Shown: piece after piece, positions 1 to 9,206 of the stretch
Numbering within the stretch: position 1 is the stretch's first letter
Layout: every line of letters starts with the position of its first letter
Assembly (NCBI GenBank): GCA_041497895.1
Contig: JBGQHJ010000023.1
Location: 1-43,080 of the forward strand
Direction of reading: 5' to 3'
Origin: Candidatus Methylomirabilia bacterium
GTDB taxonomy: Bacteria > Methylomirabilota > Methylomirabilia > Rokubacteriales > CSP1-6
DNA: 43,080 nt
The notes under the pieces: model-generated
What the model saw: only the letters and a program-made list of their open reading frames with translations
Database searches by the model: none
Told to the model about the DNA's origin: nothing
Position numbers and translations under genes: made by a program

Positions 1-1028
1 CCGCCCAGGGCCTTCACCTCGTCCTGGAAGGTGGTGGAATAGAACCGCTCCGCGTCGGTGAGCGCCCACGCCTGGCGCTTGTAGCACCACGACTCGGGCT
101 CGAGGCGCTGCGCCTCCTTGAAGAACGGCACCGCGGCCTCCACGTGCCCCTCGGCGTGCAGGTGCTCCGCGAGCCGGAAGCACGCGGCGGCCCGCGCGTG
201 CGCGGCGGTGGGTAGCCCGAGACGCTCGCGGCGCCCGGCCGGCGACCTCACGTGAGCGCTCGCCGGCCCCTTGTCCACCCAGTCGCGGATCGCGTCCAGG
301 TAGCGCGTCATGTCGAACTTGGTGTAGGCGATCCAGCGGTTGTCCGCGAAGGCGACCTCGGCCGGGCGCACGATGCGTCCGCTCTCGTCGATCCACACCG
401 CGCTCGGCACGTTGACGAGGTGATAGCGCGTGGCCAGGTCATAGTGCGCGTCGATCAGGGCGGGATGCGTGGGCTGCCCCGCGCGGATCCACTCGCCGGC
501 CGCGGCCGCGCCCGCGCAGTCGAGCGCCACCGTGATCACGGTCAGCCCCTTCGGCGCGAGCTCGGCGTGGAGCGCCTGCCACCCGGGCAGGTCGAAGCGG
601 CACCCTCACCACGACGCCCACGCGAGCAGGAACACCTTGCGGCCGCGGAAGTCGCGCAGCGACCAGGCGCGACCGTCCAGGTCGGGCAGCGTGAAGTCGG
701 GCGCCTCGAGCGAGCGCAGGCGGGCGACGAGCGCCTCGTGCGACTCGCCGATCGCCCACACCCCGTGGGCGGGACTCGCCGCCACCGGCCGGCCGAGATG
801 ACGCGCGAGCCCGGCGAGGTCGATCCGCGGCTCGGGTCCGGCCTCCCGCACCCACGGAGCGCCGGGGGGCACCGGCACGCACGCGGCGTCCCGGCAGAGA
901 CCCTCGGGCGTCCACTCCCAGCCGGTCGCGCGGGCCAGCGCGTCCGGCGTGAGCCAGAGCGCCTCGCCCTCGATCGAGGCGTCGGCGACCCGGATGGCCT
1001 CGCTGCCGTGGAGAATGGTCGCGTTCAT
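1..1028 (-). CDS. Thioredoxin-fold (TlpA/ResA/AhpC-TSA-like) selenoprotein with WASW-U-GC motif; 3' end runs off the window
   Basis: ATG at 1028 (MNATILHG...APDFTLPDLDGRAWSLRDFRGRKVFLLAWASW). In-frame TGA at 608-606 (codon 141), then the frame stays open to base 1: GCRFDLPGWQALHAELAPKGLTVITVALD...HPALID...LVNVPSAVWIDESGRIVRP...FKEAQRLEPESWCYKRQAW. The redoxin fold is continuous across the TGA. Confidence 0.88.
570..605 (-). promoter_or_regulatory. Putative bacterial SECIS element
   Basis: mRNA after the UGA reads GGGUGCCGCUUCGA-CCUGCC-CGGGU-GGCAGG-CGCUC: a 6-bp stem with a G-rich 5-nt loop starting 20 nt after UGA, plus a possible lower stem GGGUGC/GCGCUC. Confidence 0.7.
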
Positions 1029-1092
1029 GGCGGTCCGTCCCGGGCACGGTGTTACCATGAATCCGCGATCAAGCCAACCGCGGGAGGTGCGC

Positions 1093-1443
1093 ATGACGGT
1101 GAGAGCTCGCTCGATGCTGGTCACGCTGGTGATCGCGGCGCTGGTCGGGTCCGCTCCCTCCCCCGCGCCGGCGGCCGACCGCTCCGAGGTGGACGCGGCG
1201 ACCCAGCAGGTGGAGCGCGGCGCCAGCCAGATCGGCCAGGGCAAGGTGCTGGAGGGCGCCGGCGAGACCGCCAAGGGGATCGGCAACACGGTGCTCGAGG
1301 GCGCGAAGTACACCGGCCAGAAGCTCGGAGAGGCCGGGCACGCGGCGGCGCCCGAGGCCAAGACCGCGTGGGAGCGGACCAAGGAAGGCGCGGTCGCCTT
1401 CGGCTCGAGCGTCCGCGAGTTCTTCGGGTCCCTGTTCCGCTAG
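1093..1443 (+). CDS. Small exported hypothetical protein (116 aa), Gly/Ala-rich helical
   Basis: GGGAGG RBS at 1082-1087, ATG 1093, signal-peptide-like N-terminus (MTVRARSMLVTLVIAALVGSAPSPAPA), TGtTACCAT -10-like box at 1050-1058. Confidence 0.7.
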   Translation: MTVRARSMLVTLVIAALVGSAPSPAPAADRSEVDAATQQVERGASQIGQGKVLEGAGETAKGIGNTVLEGAKYTGQKLGEAGHAAAPEAKTAWERTKEGAVAFGSSVREFFGSLFR

Positions 1444-1452
1444 GGCGCGGTC

Positions 1453-4017
1453 CTAGCGGGCCCGCGGGGGCCGGGGCGGCTTGGCGAGGTAGGCTGCGAG
1501 CGACGCTCCCTCGCGCTCCTGGAAGCGCACCGCGATGCGGAGCTGCTCCAGGTATTGCTCGAGCGTCTTGCCGCCGAGCACGATCTTGCGGCTGGCGAAA
1601 AACTCGCCCACCTCCCGCTCCCACTCGGGGCTCACCAGCGCGGTCACACCCTCGTACATCCGCCGGTAGGCGCTGCCCGGGTACTGGCGGGCCATCGTCT
1701 CCCAGCTCGTCTTGAGGTATTCCCAGGCGAGGCTCCGGCTGTACGCGGAGACCAGGAGCGCCCGCATCAGGAAGGGGGCGTCCTGACTGCGTACCTCCCC
1801 GTTCGTGGTCTTCTCGAGCGTGCGGTGGATCAGCTCGGGCGGGCGGAACGCGGCGAGCGCGTAGAGGTAGCGCTGCTCCTCCTGCGGGCTGCGCGCGGCC
1901 TTGAAGCGCTGGAGGAACTCGTCGTACTCGCTCTCGCCGCCGGCCGCGGCCACGATCGCGATCAGCGCGGGCAGCACGTCGGGATCGACCGCCGACTCGT
2001 CCTCGCGGTAGCGGGCGTAGAGAGAGCGCGCGCGCTCCTGGGTGGCCGGGTCGTTGCCCAGGGTGCCGAGGGTGCGCAGGAGATCGCCGCGCAGCTGCCG
2101 CTCGAGCTCGTCCTCACCCGGCTGGGCCTCCCAGCCGAGCCGCTCCACCGCCGTCTCCACCCGCTGGCGCACCAGCGCCTCGAGGTCGGGCCGCGCCGCG
2201 TCGGCGATGGCCCGGTTGACGTAGCCCCACGAGCCGATCAGCGCGGTCCACACGTTGCGATCGGTCTCCTCCCCGAAGCGCGCGGTGAGATCGAGGTAGT
2301 CGGGCGACGGCATGAGGCCGGCCTGGGCCAGGGCGAAGGCGTCGCTCACCAGGTTGAAGCGCTCGATGGGCGCGAGCTTCTTGAGCGAGCTCGTCATCTT
2401 CCGCAGGAGCGGCGCCGCGTACTGCACCCGGTAGAAGCCGTGCCCGCCCGCGTTGACGACCACCCAGTCCGGTGCGGCGGGGAGCGCGACCGCAAGGTCC
2501 TCGTCGCCCAGGAGCACCGGCTTGTCGACGAAGCCGCGCTTGACCGAGGCGCGCACCCGCACCGGGATCTTCCAGCGCTCGGGAGTGGGGCTCTCGGCCG
2601 GGAGGTACGTGAAGCGGCGCTGGGAGAGCTTGATGCCGGTGCCGTCCGGCTCGACGATCACGAGCGGGTAGCCGGGCCGGAAGATCCAGCCGTCCATCAC
2701 CTCCGGGATCGGCAGCCGCGAGGCGGCGCCCAGGGCCTTCCAGAGGTCGGTGGTCTCCGCGTTGCCGAAGCGGTGGCGCTCGAGGTAGAGCCGGACCCCG
2801 TCGCGGAACACGTCCCCCGACAGGTGCTGCTCGAGCATGCGGAGGACGGAGGCGCCCTTCTCGTAGGTGAGCAGGTCGAACATCGCCTCGCAATCGCGCG
2901 GCGCCCGCACCTCGAACTCGATCGGCCGCGTATGGTGGAGACCGTCCACCCCCATCGCGGCGGCGCGCGACACCCCGAAGGTGGTCCACCGCTTCCACTC
3001 CGGCTTCCAGGAGTCGACCGCCAGCAGCTCCATGAAGGTGGCGAAGGCCTCGTTGAGCCAGATGCCGTTCCACCACAGCATGGTCACCAGGTCGCCGAAC
3101 CACATGTGGGCGATCTCGTGAGCGACCACGTCCGCGACCCGCTCGCGCTCGGCGTGGGAGGCGGCCGCCTCGTCCACCAGGAGCGCGGTCTCGCGATAGG
3201 TGATCGCACCCAGGTTCTCCATCGCGCCCGCCGCGAAGTCCGGGATCGCGAGCATGTCGAGCTTGTCGCTCGGGTACGGCAGGCCGTAGTAGCGCTCGAA
3301 GAAATCGAGCGCGAAGGCGCCGATGTCCAGCGCGAAGCGGGCGAGGTGGAGCTTGCCGGGCACGCACCACACGCGGAGCGGCGTGGGGCCGACCATGACC
3401 GGTGCCGTGGCCTCGAGCTCGCCCACCACGAAGGCGACGAGGTAGGTCGACATCCGGATGGTGTCCGCGAAGGCCACCGCCTTCTTGCCCGGCCCGGCGG
3501 GCGACTCGCCGGTCACCCGGGTGTTGGACACCGCCACCAGCGATTCCGGGATCACGAGGGTGACGCCGAAGACCGCCTTGCACGCCGGCTCGTCCCAGCA
3601 CGGGAAGCCGCGCCGCGCGTCGGTGGCCTCGAACTGGGTGGCCGCGAGGGTGTGCGAGGCGCCCGCCGCGTCCTTGTACGTACTGCGGTAGAAGCCGTGG
3701 AGGCGATCGTTGAGGATTCCGGTGAACGCGAGGGTGAGCCGGTGCTCGCCGGGCGGAATCGGGCTCGGGAAGGCGAGCCGAGCCCGCTCCGCGGACTCGT
3801 CGAGGCTGGCGCTCCCCTCGACCGTCTGGCCATCCGCGGTCTGCACGCTGACCGACCGGATCACCAGCTCCGCCGCGTTGAGCAGGATCTCGCTCACCGG
3901 CTCGGACACCGTGATCGCGATCGTCTCGTGGCCCGCGAACGTGGCCGCCTCGAGATCGGGCTCGAGGCGGATGTCGTAGCGGGAGGGCACCACCGTCGTC
4001 GGCAGTCGGTATTCCAT
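1453..4017 (-). CDS. pepN: M1 family zinc aminopeptidase with ERAP1-like C-terminal domain
   Basis: TQFEATDARRGFPCWDEP, GAMEN, HEIAHMWFGDLVT...WLNEAFA (HExxH-18-E), YEKGASVLRML. Confidence 0.95.
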   Translation of the reverse strand: MEYRLPTTVVPSRYDIRLEPDLEAATFAGHETIAITVSEPVSEILLNAAELVIRSVSVQTADGQTVEGSASLDESAERARLAFPSPIPPGEHRLTLAFTGILNDRLHGFYRSTYKDAAGASHTLAATQFEATDARRGFPCWDEPACKAVFGVTLVIPESLVAVSNTRVTGESPAGPGKKAVAFADTIRMSTYLVAFVVGELEATAPVMVGPTPLRVWCVPGKLHLARFALDIGAFALDFFERYYGLPYPSDKLDMLAIPDFAAGAMENLGAITYRETALLVDEAAASHAERERVADVVAHEIAHMWFGDLVTMLWWNGIWLNEAFATFMELLAVDSWKPEWKRWTTFGVSRAAAMGVDGLHHTRPIEFEVRAPRDCEAMFDLLTYEKGASVLRMLEQHLSGDVFRDGVRLYLERHRFGNAETTDLWKALGAASRLPIPEVMDGWIFRPGYPLVIVEPDGTGIKLSQRRFTYLPAESPTPERWKIPVRVRASVKRGFVDKPVLLGDEDLAVALPAAPDWVVVNAGGHGFYRVQYAAPLLRKMTSSLKKLAPIERFNLVSDAFALAQAGLMPSPDYLDLTARFGEETDRNVWTALIGSWGYVNRAIADAARPDLEALVRQRVETAVERLGWEAQPGEDELERQLRGDLLRTLGTLGNDPATQERARSLYARYREDESAVDPDVLPALIAIVAAAGGESEYDEFLQRFKAARSPQEEQRYLYALAAFRPPELIHRTLEKTTNGEVRSQDAPFLMRALLVSAYSRSLAWEYLKTSWETMARQYPGSAYRRMYEGVTALVSPEWEREVGEFFASRKIVLGGKTLEQYLEQLRIAVRFQEREGASLAAYLAKPPRPPRAR

Positions 4018-4091
4018 GCCGGGGGAAAGGATACCATCTGGCCCTCACCCGGACACCCCGACTTGTGCCGCGCGCCGCGGCGAATCCTCGG

Positions 4092-4859
4092 TCAGTGCGC
4101 CGCCGCGAGGGGGTCCGGCGCCACCCAGATCGCCGCGCCAAGGGCGAGGAGCCGTCCGCCCGCGTCGAAGATCGCGGTGCCCGCGTGGCGCCGACGGCTG
4201 CCGGCGCGTGGGCTCGGGGCGGGCGCGCGCCAGCCCATCACGATCAGGGGGCGGCGCCCGTCCACCGGCTCGCGGATCTCCACCTGCAGGGTGCCGGTAT
4301 TGACGGGGCCGGGCAGCGCCCAGCCTCCCGGACAGTCGAGCGCCGACCAGACGAACTCGGGGCGAAGGCGACCGGCCTCGTCGAGGAACCCGGGATCCGG
4401 TCGCCAGCCGGCCACCCGGATCTGCCCGCGCCCCGGCCCGTCGCCGGGCAGCGGGCCCGCGAAGAGGCGCATCCCGTCGCCGGGCGCGCGGCGATGGCCG
4501 CACACGAAGCACTCCGGGAAGGTGTGGGGCACCGAGCCGTCGGCGAGGTGGGCCTCGAACCGGCGCGACGCCTCGAGCGCGACCTCGAGCGGCGGTGGCA
4601 CCGGCGGATGAACCGCGAGCCGCTCGGCCGACGAGCGCGCCACCAGCGCGTCGTCGTCGAGCACCTCGACCGTCCGGGCCGCGATCCGCACCGCGAGCGG
4701 CCGCTCGAGCGGGACACCGGCGCGCGCCCGGATCTCGATGGTGGTGGCCGCCGGGGCGGCGCCCGCGACGAGCCCGCAGAAGTAACCCCCGTTGGCGGTC
4801 GCCCGGCCGGTGTCGGGGCCGCGGAAGCGGCGCGCGACGACGATCGTGCGGTCGGACAT
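4092..4859 (-). CDS. Double hotdog-fold thioesterase-like protein
   Basis: RFRGP...ANGGY N-terminus, HTFPECFVCG, WSALDCPGG. Start 4859 or 4868. Confidence 0.7.
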   Translation of the reverse strand: MSDRTIVVARRFRGPDTGRATANGGYFCGLVAGAAPAATTIEIRARAGVPLERPLAVRIAARTVEVLDDDALVARSSAERLAVHPPVPPPLEVALEASRRFEAHLADGSVPHTFPECFVCGHRRAPGDGMRLFAGPLPGDGPGRGQIRVAGWRPDPGFLDEAGRLRPEFVWSALDCPGGWALPGPVNTGTLQVEIREPVDGRRPLIVMGWRAPAPSPRAGSRRRHAGTAIFDAGGRLLALGAAIWVAPDPLAAAH

Positions 4860-4899
4860 GGCGGCCATCCTCTCACGAAGCGCGCGCTTCGGCCGGGCC

Positions 4900-4929
4900 T
4901 TGACAGCCCTCGATGCCAGGCGCGACACT
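4900..4929 (+). promoter_or_regulatory. sigma70-type promoter for SDR gene, probably leaderless
   Basis: TTGACA (4900-4905), 18 nt, GACACT (4924-4929), 7 nt, GTG 4937. Confidence 0.5.
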
Positions 4930-4936
4930 CGGCGCC

Positions 4937-5749
4937 GTGCCTCTCACCAGCCTGAAGGACCGGACCGCGGTGGTCACCGGCGGAGCCAGCGGCATCGGAC
5001 GCGCGCTCTCCCTGCTGTTCGCCCGCGAGGGCGCGAACGTGGTGGTCGCCGACCTCGACGAGGCGGGCATGGCCGAGACGGTGGCCGGGGTGACTCGGGC
5101 CGGCCGGCGCGGGCTCGCGGTGAAGACCGACGTGAGCCGGCTCGCCGACGTCGAGGCCCTGGCCGACCACGCGTTCGGCGAGCTCGGGGCGGTCCACGTG
5201 GTGTGCAACAACGCGGGCGTCGCGCTGTGGGGCGGGCTCGAGTCGGTCACCCACAAGGACTGGGAGTGGGCGATGGGCGTCAACCTCTGGGGCGTCATCC
5301 ACGGGGTGGAGGCCTTCGTGCCGCGCATGGTGGCGAGCAAGCAGCCCGGCCACGTCGTGAACACCGCCTCGATGGCCGGCCTCATCGCCTCGCAGGGGCT
5401 CGGGATCTACAACACCACCAAGTACGCGGTGGTCGGGCTCTCCGAGACCCTGCAGAAGGACCTGCGGGGCTACGACATCGGCGTCTCGGTGCTCTGTCCG
5501 ATGGGCGTGCACACCCAGATCCGGCAGAGCGAGCGGAACCGCCCCACCGCCCTGCGGAACGCGACGACGGAGCGCGACGGCCGTGCGGTGGAGCTGATCG
5601 GCCGCTACCTGCCGCCCGAGCACGTCGCGGAACGCGTCCTGCGCGCCATCTACGCCAACCGCCTGTACGTCATCACCCACGAGGAAGGCCTGACCCCGCT
5701 CAAGCGCCGGTTCGAGCGCATGGCCCAGGCGATCGAGGAGTCCCGATGA
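4937..5749 (+). CDS. Short-chain dehydrogenase/reductase (SDR)
   Basis: TGGASGIG, NNAG, NTAS, YNTTK motifs. GTG 4937 is preferred over 4913 because of promoter spacing. Confidence 0.93.
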   Translation: MPLTSLKDRTAVVTGGASGIGRALSLLFAREGANVVVADLDEAGMAETVAGVTRAGRRGLAVKTDVSRLADVEALADHAFGELGAVHVVCNNAGVALWGGLESVTHKDWEWAMGVNLWGVIHGVEAFVPRMVASKQPGHVVNTASMAGLIASQGLGIYNTTKYAVVGLSETLQKDLRGYDIGVSVLCPMGVHTQIRQSERNRPTALRNATTERDGRAVELIGRYLPPEHVAERVLRAIYANRLYVITHEEGLTPLKRRFERMAQAIEESR

Positions 5750-6669
5750 AGTTCTCGGTGATCGAGGGCTGGGGCAAGCTGCCCGACGGGTGGGCGTATC
5801 ACGAGGTGGCGGGCGTGGCGGTGGACCGGCAGGACCGCGCGTTCGTGTTCACGCGGGGCGAGCACCCGGTCATCGTCTTCGACCGCGACGGCAACTTCCT
5901 GCGCTCGTGGGGCGAGGGCGTGATCCGCCGCGCCCACGGCATCACCATCGACGCCGACGACATGGTGTGGCTCACCGACGATCTCCACCACACCGTGCGC
6001 AAGTTCACGCCGGAGGGCAAGCACCTCCTGACCATCGGCGACCCCGACAAGCCGGCCGAGCTGCAGGGCGGCAAGCCCTTCAACCGGCCCACCCACGTGG
6101 CGATCTGTCCCAAGAGCGGCTTTCTCTTCGTCTCCGACGGCTACGGCAACTCGCGCGTGCACAAGTACTCGCCCGACGGCAGGCACGTCATGTCCTGGGG
6201 CGAGGCCGGCACCGATCCGGGCCAGTTCAACCTGCCCCACAACCTGGTGACCGATCGCGACGGGCTCGTCTACGTGGCCGACCGGGAGAACCACCGGGTG
6301 CAGATCTTCGACGGCAAGGGCGGCTACCAGGGCCAGTGGAACAACCTCCACCGCCCGTGCGGCCTCTTCGCGGATCGTGGCCACGGCCTCTTCTTCGTGG
6401 GCGAGCTCGGCTCCGGGATGCCGGTGACCGAGAAGACGCCGAACCTCGGGCCGCGCGTGAGCGTGCTCGACGCCAAGGGCCAGCGGGTGGCGCGCTTCGG
6501 GGGGCAGTTCGCGAGCGAGAAGCCGGGAGAATTCATCGCCCCCCACGGCCTGGTGGTCGATTCACACGGGGACGTGTACGTCGGGGAGGTCTCCTGGACC
6601 GGCTACGGGCAGTTCCTCAACCCGCCGCGGGTGATGCGCTCCTTCCAGAAGTTCCGGCGCGCCGACTAG
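5746..6669 (+). CDS. NHL-repeat beta-propeller, peptidyl-alpha-hydroxyglycine alpha-amidating lyase-like
   Basis: ATGA overlap with the SDR stop; MKFSVIEGWGKLP..., FNRPTHVA, SDGYGNSRVHKY, GQFNLPH, VADRENHRVQIFD. Confidence 0.9.
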   Translation: MKFSVIEGWGKLPDGWAYHEVAGVAVDRQDRAFVFTRGEHPVIVFDRDGNFLRSWGEGVIRRAHGITIDADDMVWLTDDLHHTVRKFTPEGKHLLTIGDPDKPAELQGGKPFNRPTHVAICPKSGFLFVSDGYGNSRVHKYSPDGRHVMSWGEAGTDPGQFNLPHNLVTDRDGLVYVADRENHRVQIFDGKGGYQGQWNNLHRPCGLFADRGHGLFFVGELGSGMPVTEKTPNLGPRVSVLDAKGQRVARFGGQFASEKPGEFIAPHGLVVDSHGDVYVGEVSWTGYGQFLNPPRVMRSFQKFRRAD

Positions 6670-7145
6670 CTCGCTCCGCGCATCGGCAGGAAGCGGGCGG
6701 TCGCCTTCGCGACCACCTCGCGCGTCTCCCAGTCCTCGATCGTGGCCTCCAGATCGATGTACTTCCCCCAGTCGCGCACCGCGCGCCCGCGCCCGAGCAG
6801 CGGCCGCTCGATCGGGGTGCCCCGGACGTACCGGACGCTGAGCTCGCCGGTCACGTAGAGCCGCCCGGTCTGGCTGACCGCGGCGCCGGCCAGGATCTCG
6901 TCGAGGTAGGCGGCCACGATGCCGCCGTGGGCGGCGCCGGGCGGGCCCTCGAAGCGGCGCGGGATCACGATCGGCGCGAGCACCTCACCCTCGGCCGCGA
7001 AGGTCCGGACCCGGAGGCCGATGTCGTGCTCGGGACCGCACCCGAAGCAGCCGTGGAAGCTCGAGCGGGGGCCGCTGAACTTCACCTCGGGCAGCAACGC
7101 GAACCGCTCGACGAACGGCGGCGGCAGCGGCGGGTCGTGGCTCAT
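6666..7145 (-). CDS. PaaI family thioesterase
   Basis: CFGCG, FEGPPGAAHGGIVAAYLDE; ATG 7145 overlaps the upstream stop (ATGA). Confidence 0.88.
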   Translation of the reverse strand: MSHDPPLPPPFVERFALLPEVKFSGPRSSFHGCFGCGPEHDIGLRVRTFAAEGEVLAPIVIPRRFEGPPGAAHGGIVAAYLDEILAGAAVSQTGRLYVTGELSVRYVRGTPIERPLLGRGRAVRDWGKYIDLEATIEDWETREVVAKATARFLPMRGAS

Positions 7146-7708
7146 CCGAAGTAGCTCTGGACGAGCGGGGCCCACGCCTCGAGCGGCCGCGTCACCTGCC
7201 CCGCGACCTTGGCCCCGTCGTCCCATCGGCGCAGGCGCAGGGCGTCGGCGAGCCAGGGATGCGCGCGGTGGCGGGCCATCTCCTCGGGACTCATGAGCCC
7301 GCCCTGGAGCGTGAGCGTGTGCTGCGAGGCGGGCGAGAGCGTGGCGTGGTAACCGGGCTCGATGGAGCAGAGATACCGCTTGGCGTCCGCGTGCATGCGC
7401 ACGAGCCACGCCAGGCGCTCCGGCACGTAGGGGGCGATCAGCTCCGCCCCGATCTCGTGATGGCCGCGGGCGCCCGGCCGGGCGCCGCCGACGCGGTCGA
7501 AGACCAGGGCCTGGTCCACCACGAGTCGGCCCACGTCGTGGAGCAGGCAGGCGAGCGTGAGGTGCTCGTCCGCTCCCGCGGCGGCAGCGAGCTCGGCGCA
7601 CTGCAGCGCGTGGGCCAGCTCCGACACGGGCTCGCCGCCGTAGCGGCGGGCGCCCGCGTGCGCCATGGCCTCCAGGAGACGACGGGTCATGGGGACGCTC
7701 GGGCGCAT
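7142..7708 (-). CDS. HD-domain protein, PhnZ/TmpB-like di-iron oxygenase family
   Basis: YGGEPVSELAHALQCA, LLHDVG, HHEIGA, HADAKRYL, LSPASQHTLTLQGG, LRRWDDGAK. Confidence 0.85.
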   Translation of the reverse strand: MRPSVPMTRRLLEAMAHAGARRYGGEPVSELAHALQCAELAAAAGADEHLTLACLLHDVGRLVVDQALVFDRVGGARPGARGHHEIGAELIAPYVPERLAWLVRMHADAKRYLCSIEPGYHATLSPASQHTLTLQGGLMSPEEMARHRAHPWLADALRLRRWDDGAKVAGQVTRPLEAWAPLVQSYFG

Positions 7709-7776
7709 GTCGATCTGGAGTATACTCGGCGGGCGGCAGCCACTACCACCACGGTGATGCGAAAAGGAGATCGGCG

Positions 7777-7965
7777 ATGGCGGTGACGGTCAAGGTGATC
7801 ACGGACGGCCCCCTGATGGTGAAGGGCGAGTGCGAGATGCAGGACAACCAGGGCGCGGCGATGCCGCCCAAGGGCGGCGACACCATCTTCCTCTGCCGCT
7901 GCGGCAACTCGGCCAACAAGCCCTACTGCGACGGCGCGCACAAGAAGGTCGGCTTCAAGGGCTAG
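7777..7965 (+). CDS. CDGSH iron-sulfur domain protein
   Basis: AAGGAG RBS; DGPLMVKG and LCRCGNSANKPYCDGAH. Confidence 0.93.
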   Translation: MAVTVKVITDGPLMVKGECEMQDNQGAAMPPKGGDTIFLCRCGNSANKPYCDGAHKKVGFKG

Positions 7966-7977
7966 GTCCGCGCCACA

Positions 7978-8011
7978 CCCTCTCCCCTCAGGGGAGAGGG
8001 CAGGGTGAGGG
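7978..8011. repeat. REP-like palindromic element between convergent genes
   Basis: CCCTCTCCCC-TCA-GGGGAGAGGG perfect 10-bp inverted repeat followed by CAGGGTGAGGG. Single copy in this window. Confidence 0.65.
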
Positions 8012-8032
8012 GGGGTCTCCCGGCGCGGCGCG

Positions 8033-9193
8033 CTACGGTCGCAGCAACCGCCCCGCGATCCCGAATGCCGCCACGCCCACCAGGGCGATGAAGATCGGCG
8101 TACGGGCCTCGCCCAGCACCCCGCAGATGAGCGGGCCGAGGAAGATCGCGCCGTCGACGCCCACCCGGTAGACGCCGGTCCGCCAGCCGAGTCGCGCGAG
8201 GTCGGTGTGCTCCCGGATCACGCCGAGCGGCAGCATCCACCCCGCCATCCCGAGGCCGAAGAGCGCGCATCCGAGCCCCACCAGGGGCAGCGAGCCCAGT
8301 CCCACCGCGAAGAGGCCGACTCCCAGGACGGCCGCCACACCCGCCAGCACCGGGGGCCGGCCCACCCGATCGGCGAGCCAGCCCACCGGGAGCAGCACCG
8401 CCAGGTCCACGAGCTGGGCCAGCGACAGCAGGGCGGAGACGCCGGCGCGATCGAGCCCGAACTCCCGCGTGCCGCGCAGCGGGATCACGAACTGGCTCAC
8501 CGCCGACCAGGCGAGCGCCATGATCACGCCGAGCGCAAACATCAGGCGCACGAGCGGCGGCCGCGAGCTGCGCCGGGGCGGCACCGCGACGACCGGGTCC
8601 GCGCCCGCCACCGCGCGCGGCGTCGAGCCGAGCCGCGCGGGGAAGTAGCGGGCCAGCACGAGGGCCGCGGGAAGCGCCACCAGCGCCGGCGTGGTGGCGG
8701 CGAGCAGCGTGACGTTCCAGCGCCAGCGCTCGGGCAGCAGGCCCACCAGGACGAGCCCGCCGAGTACGCCCAGCATCCCGGAGAACTCCAGCGTGTTGAG
8801 GCGGATCGAGGCCCGTGGGCCGGGCTTATCTTGAAGGACCGCGGTGAGGCTGCCGACCATGATCAGGGTGTGCGCGAGCCCGGTGAGGATCCGGCCCATC
8901 ACCAGCACCGGCAGCGGGCCCGCGGTGGCCAGCAGCAGCATCCCGGCCAGCAGGGTGATCGGCGCCAGGATCAGCGCGGTGGCGAGCCGGCGCGTCGCGA
9001 ACGCCCCCGCGGGCAGGTCGGCGGCCATGCGCGCGAAGCCGAACGAGCCGGCGAGCACGCCCAGCTCCCAGTCGGGCAGGCCCTGCGCGCGGGCGATCTC
9101 GGGCAGGAGCGGACCGAAGGCGCCGATGCAGATGGTGCTCGAGAAGACGACGAGGCACAGCAGGGCGGTGCCCGCGAACCGATCGCCGCTCAC
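8033..9193 (-). CDS. MFS transporter
   Basis: About 12 hydrophobic segments; GWLADRVGR MFS motif A. Confidence 0.88.
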   Translation of the reverse strand: MSGDRFAGTALLCLVVFSSTICIGAFGPLLPEIARAQGLPDWELGVLAGSFGFARMAADLPAGAFATRRLATALILAPITLLAGMLLLATAGPLPVLVMGRILTGLAHTLIMVGSLTAVLQDKPGPRASIRLNTLEFSGMLGVLGGLVLVGLLPERWRWNVTLLAATTPALVALPAALVLARYFPARLGSTPRAVAGADPVVAVPPRRSSRPPLVRLMFALGVIMALAWSAVSQFVIPLRGTREFGLDRAGVSALLSLAQLVDLAVLLPVGWLADRVGRPPVLAGVAAVLGVGLFAVGLGSLPLVGLGCALFGLGMAGWMLPLGVIREHTDLARLGWRTGVYRVGVDGAIFLGPLICGVLGEARTPIFIALVGVAAFGIAGRLLRP

Positions 9194-9206
9194 CCGCTGC
9201 GGCGGC

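Noticed and set aside
606..608. TGA read as a nonsense mutation (pseudogene) or as the true stop
   Set aside because: It falls exactly at the redox Cys position, the downstream frame is intact and a SECIS-like hairpin follows. Selenocysteine explains it better.
1555..4611. 1018-aa plus-strand ORF, and similar long ORFs at 27185-30202, 16811-19090, 23039-24871, 39462-41270 and 41465-43063
   Set aside because: Antisense shadows of well-supported genes. High GC3 suppresses stops on the opposite strand, and the translations have no recognisable motifs.
4792..5745. N-terminal extensions in the ORF track (625-aa NHL ORF; also 9207-10469, 21564-23273, 26416-27354, 30156-31484, 31040-32293)
   Set aside because: The extensions overlap neighbouring real genes in another frame. 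True starts were reassigned using domain boundaries, RBS and stop/start overlaps.
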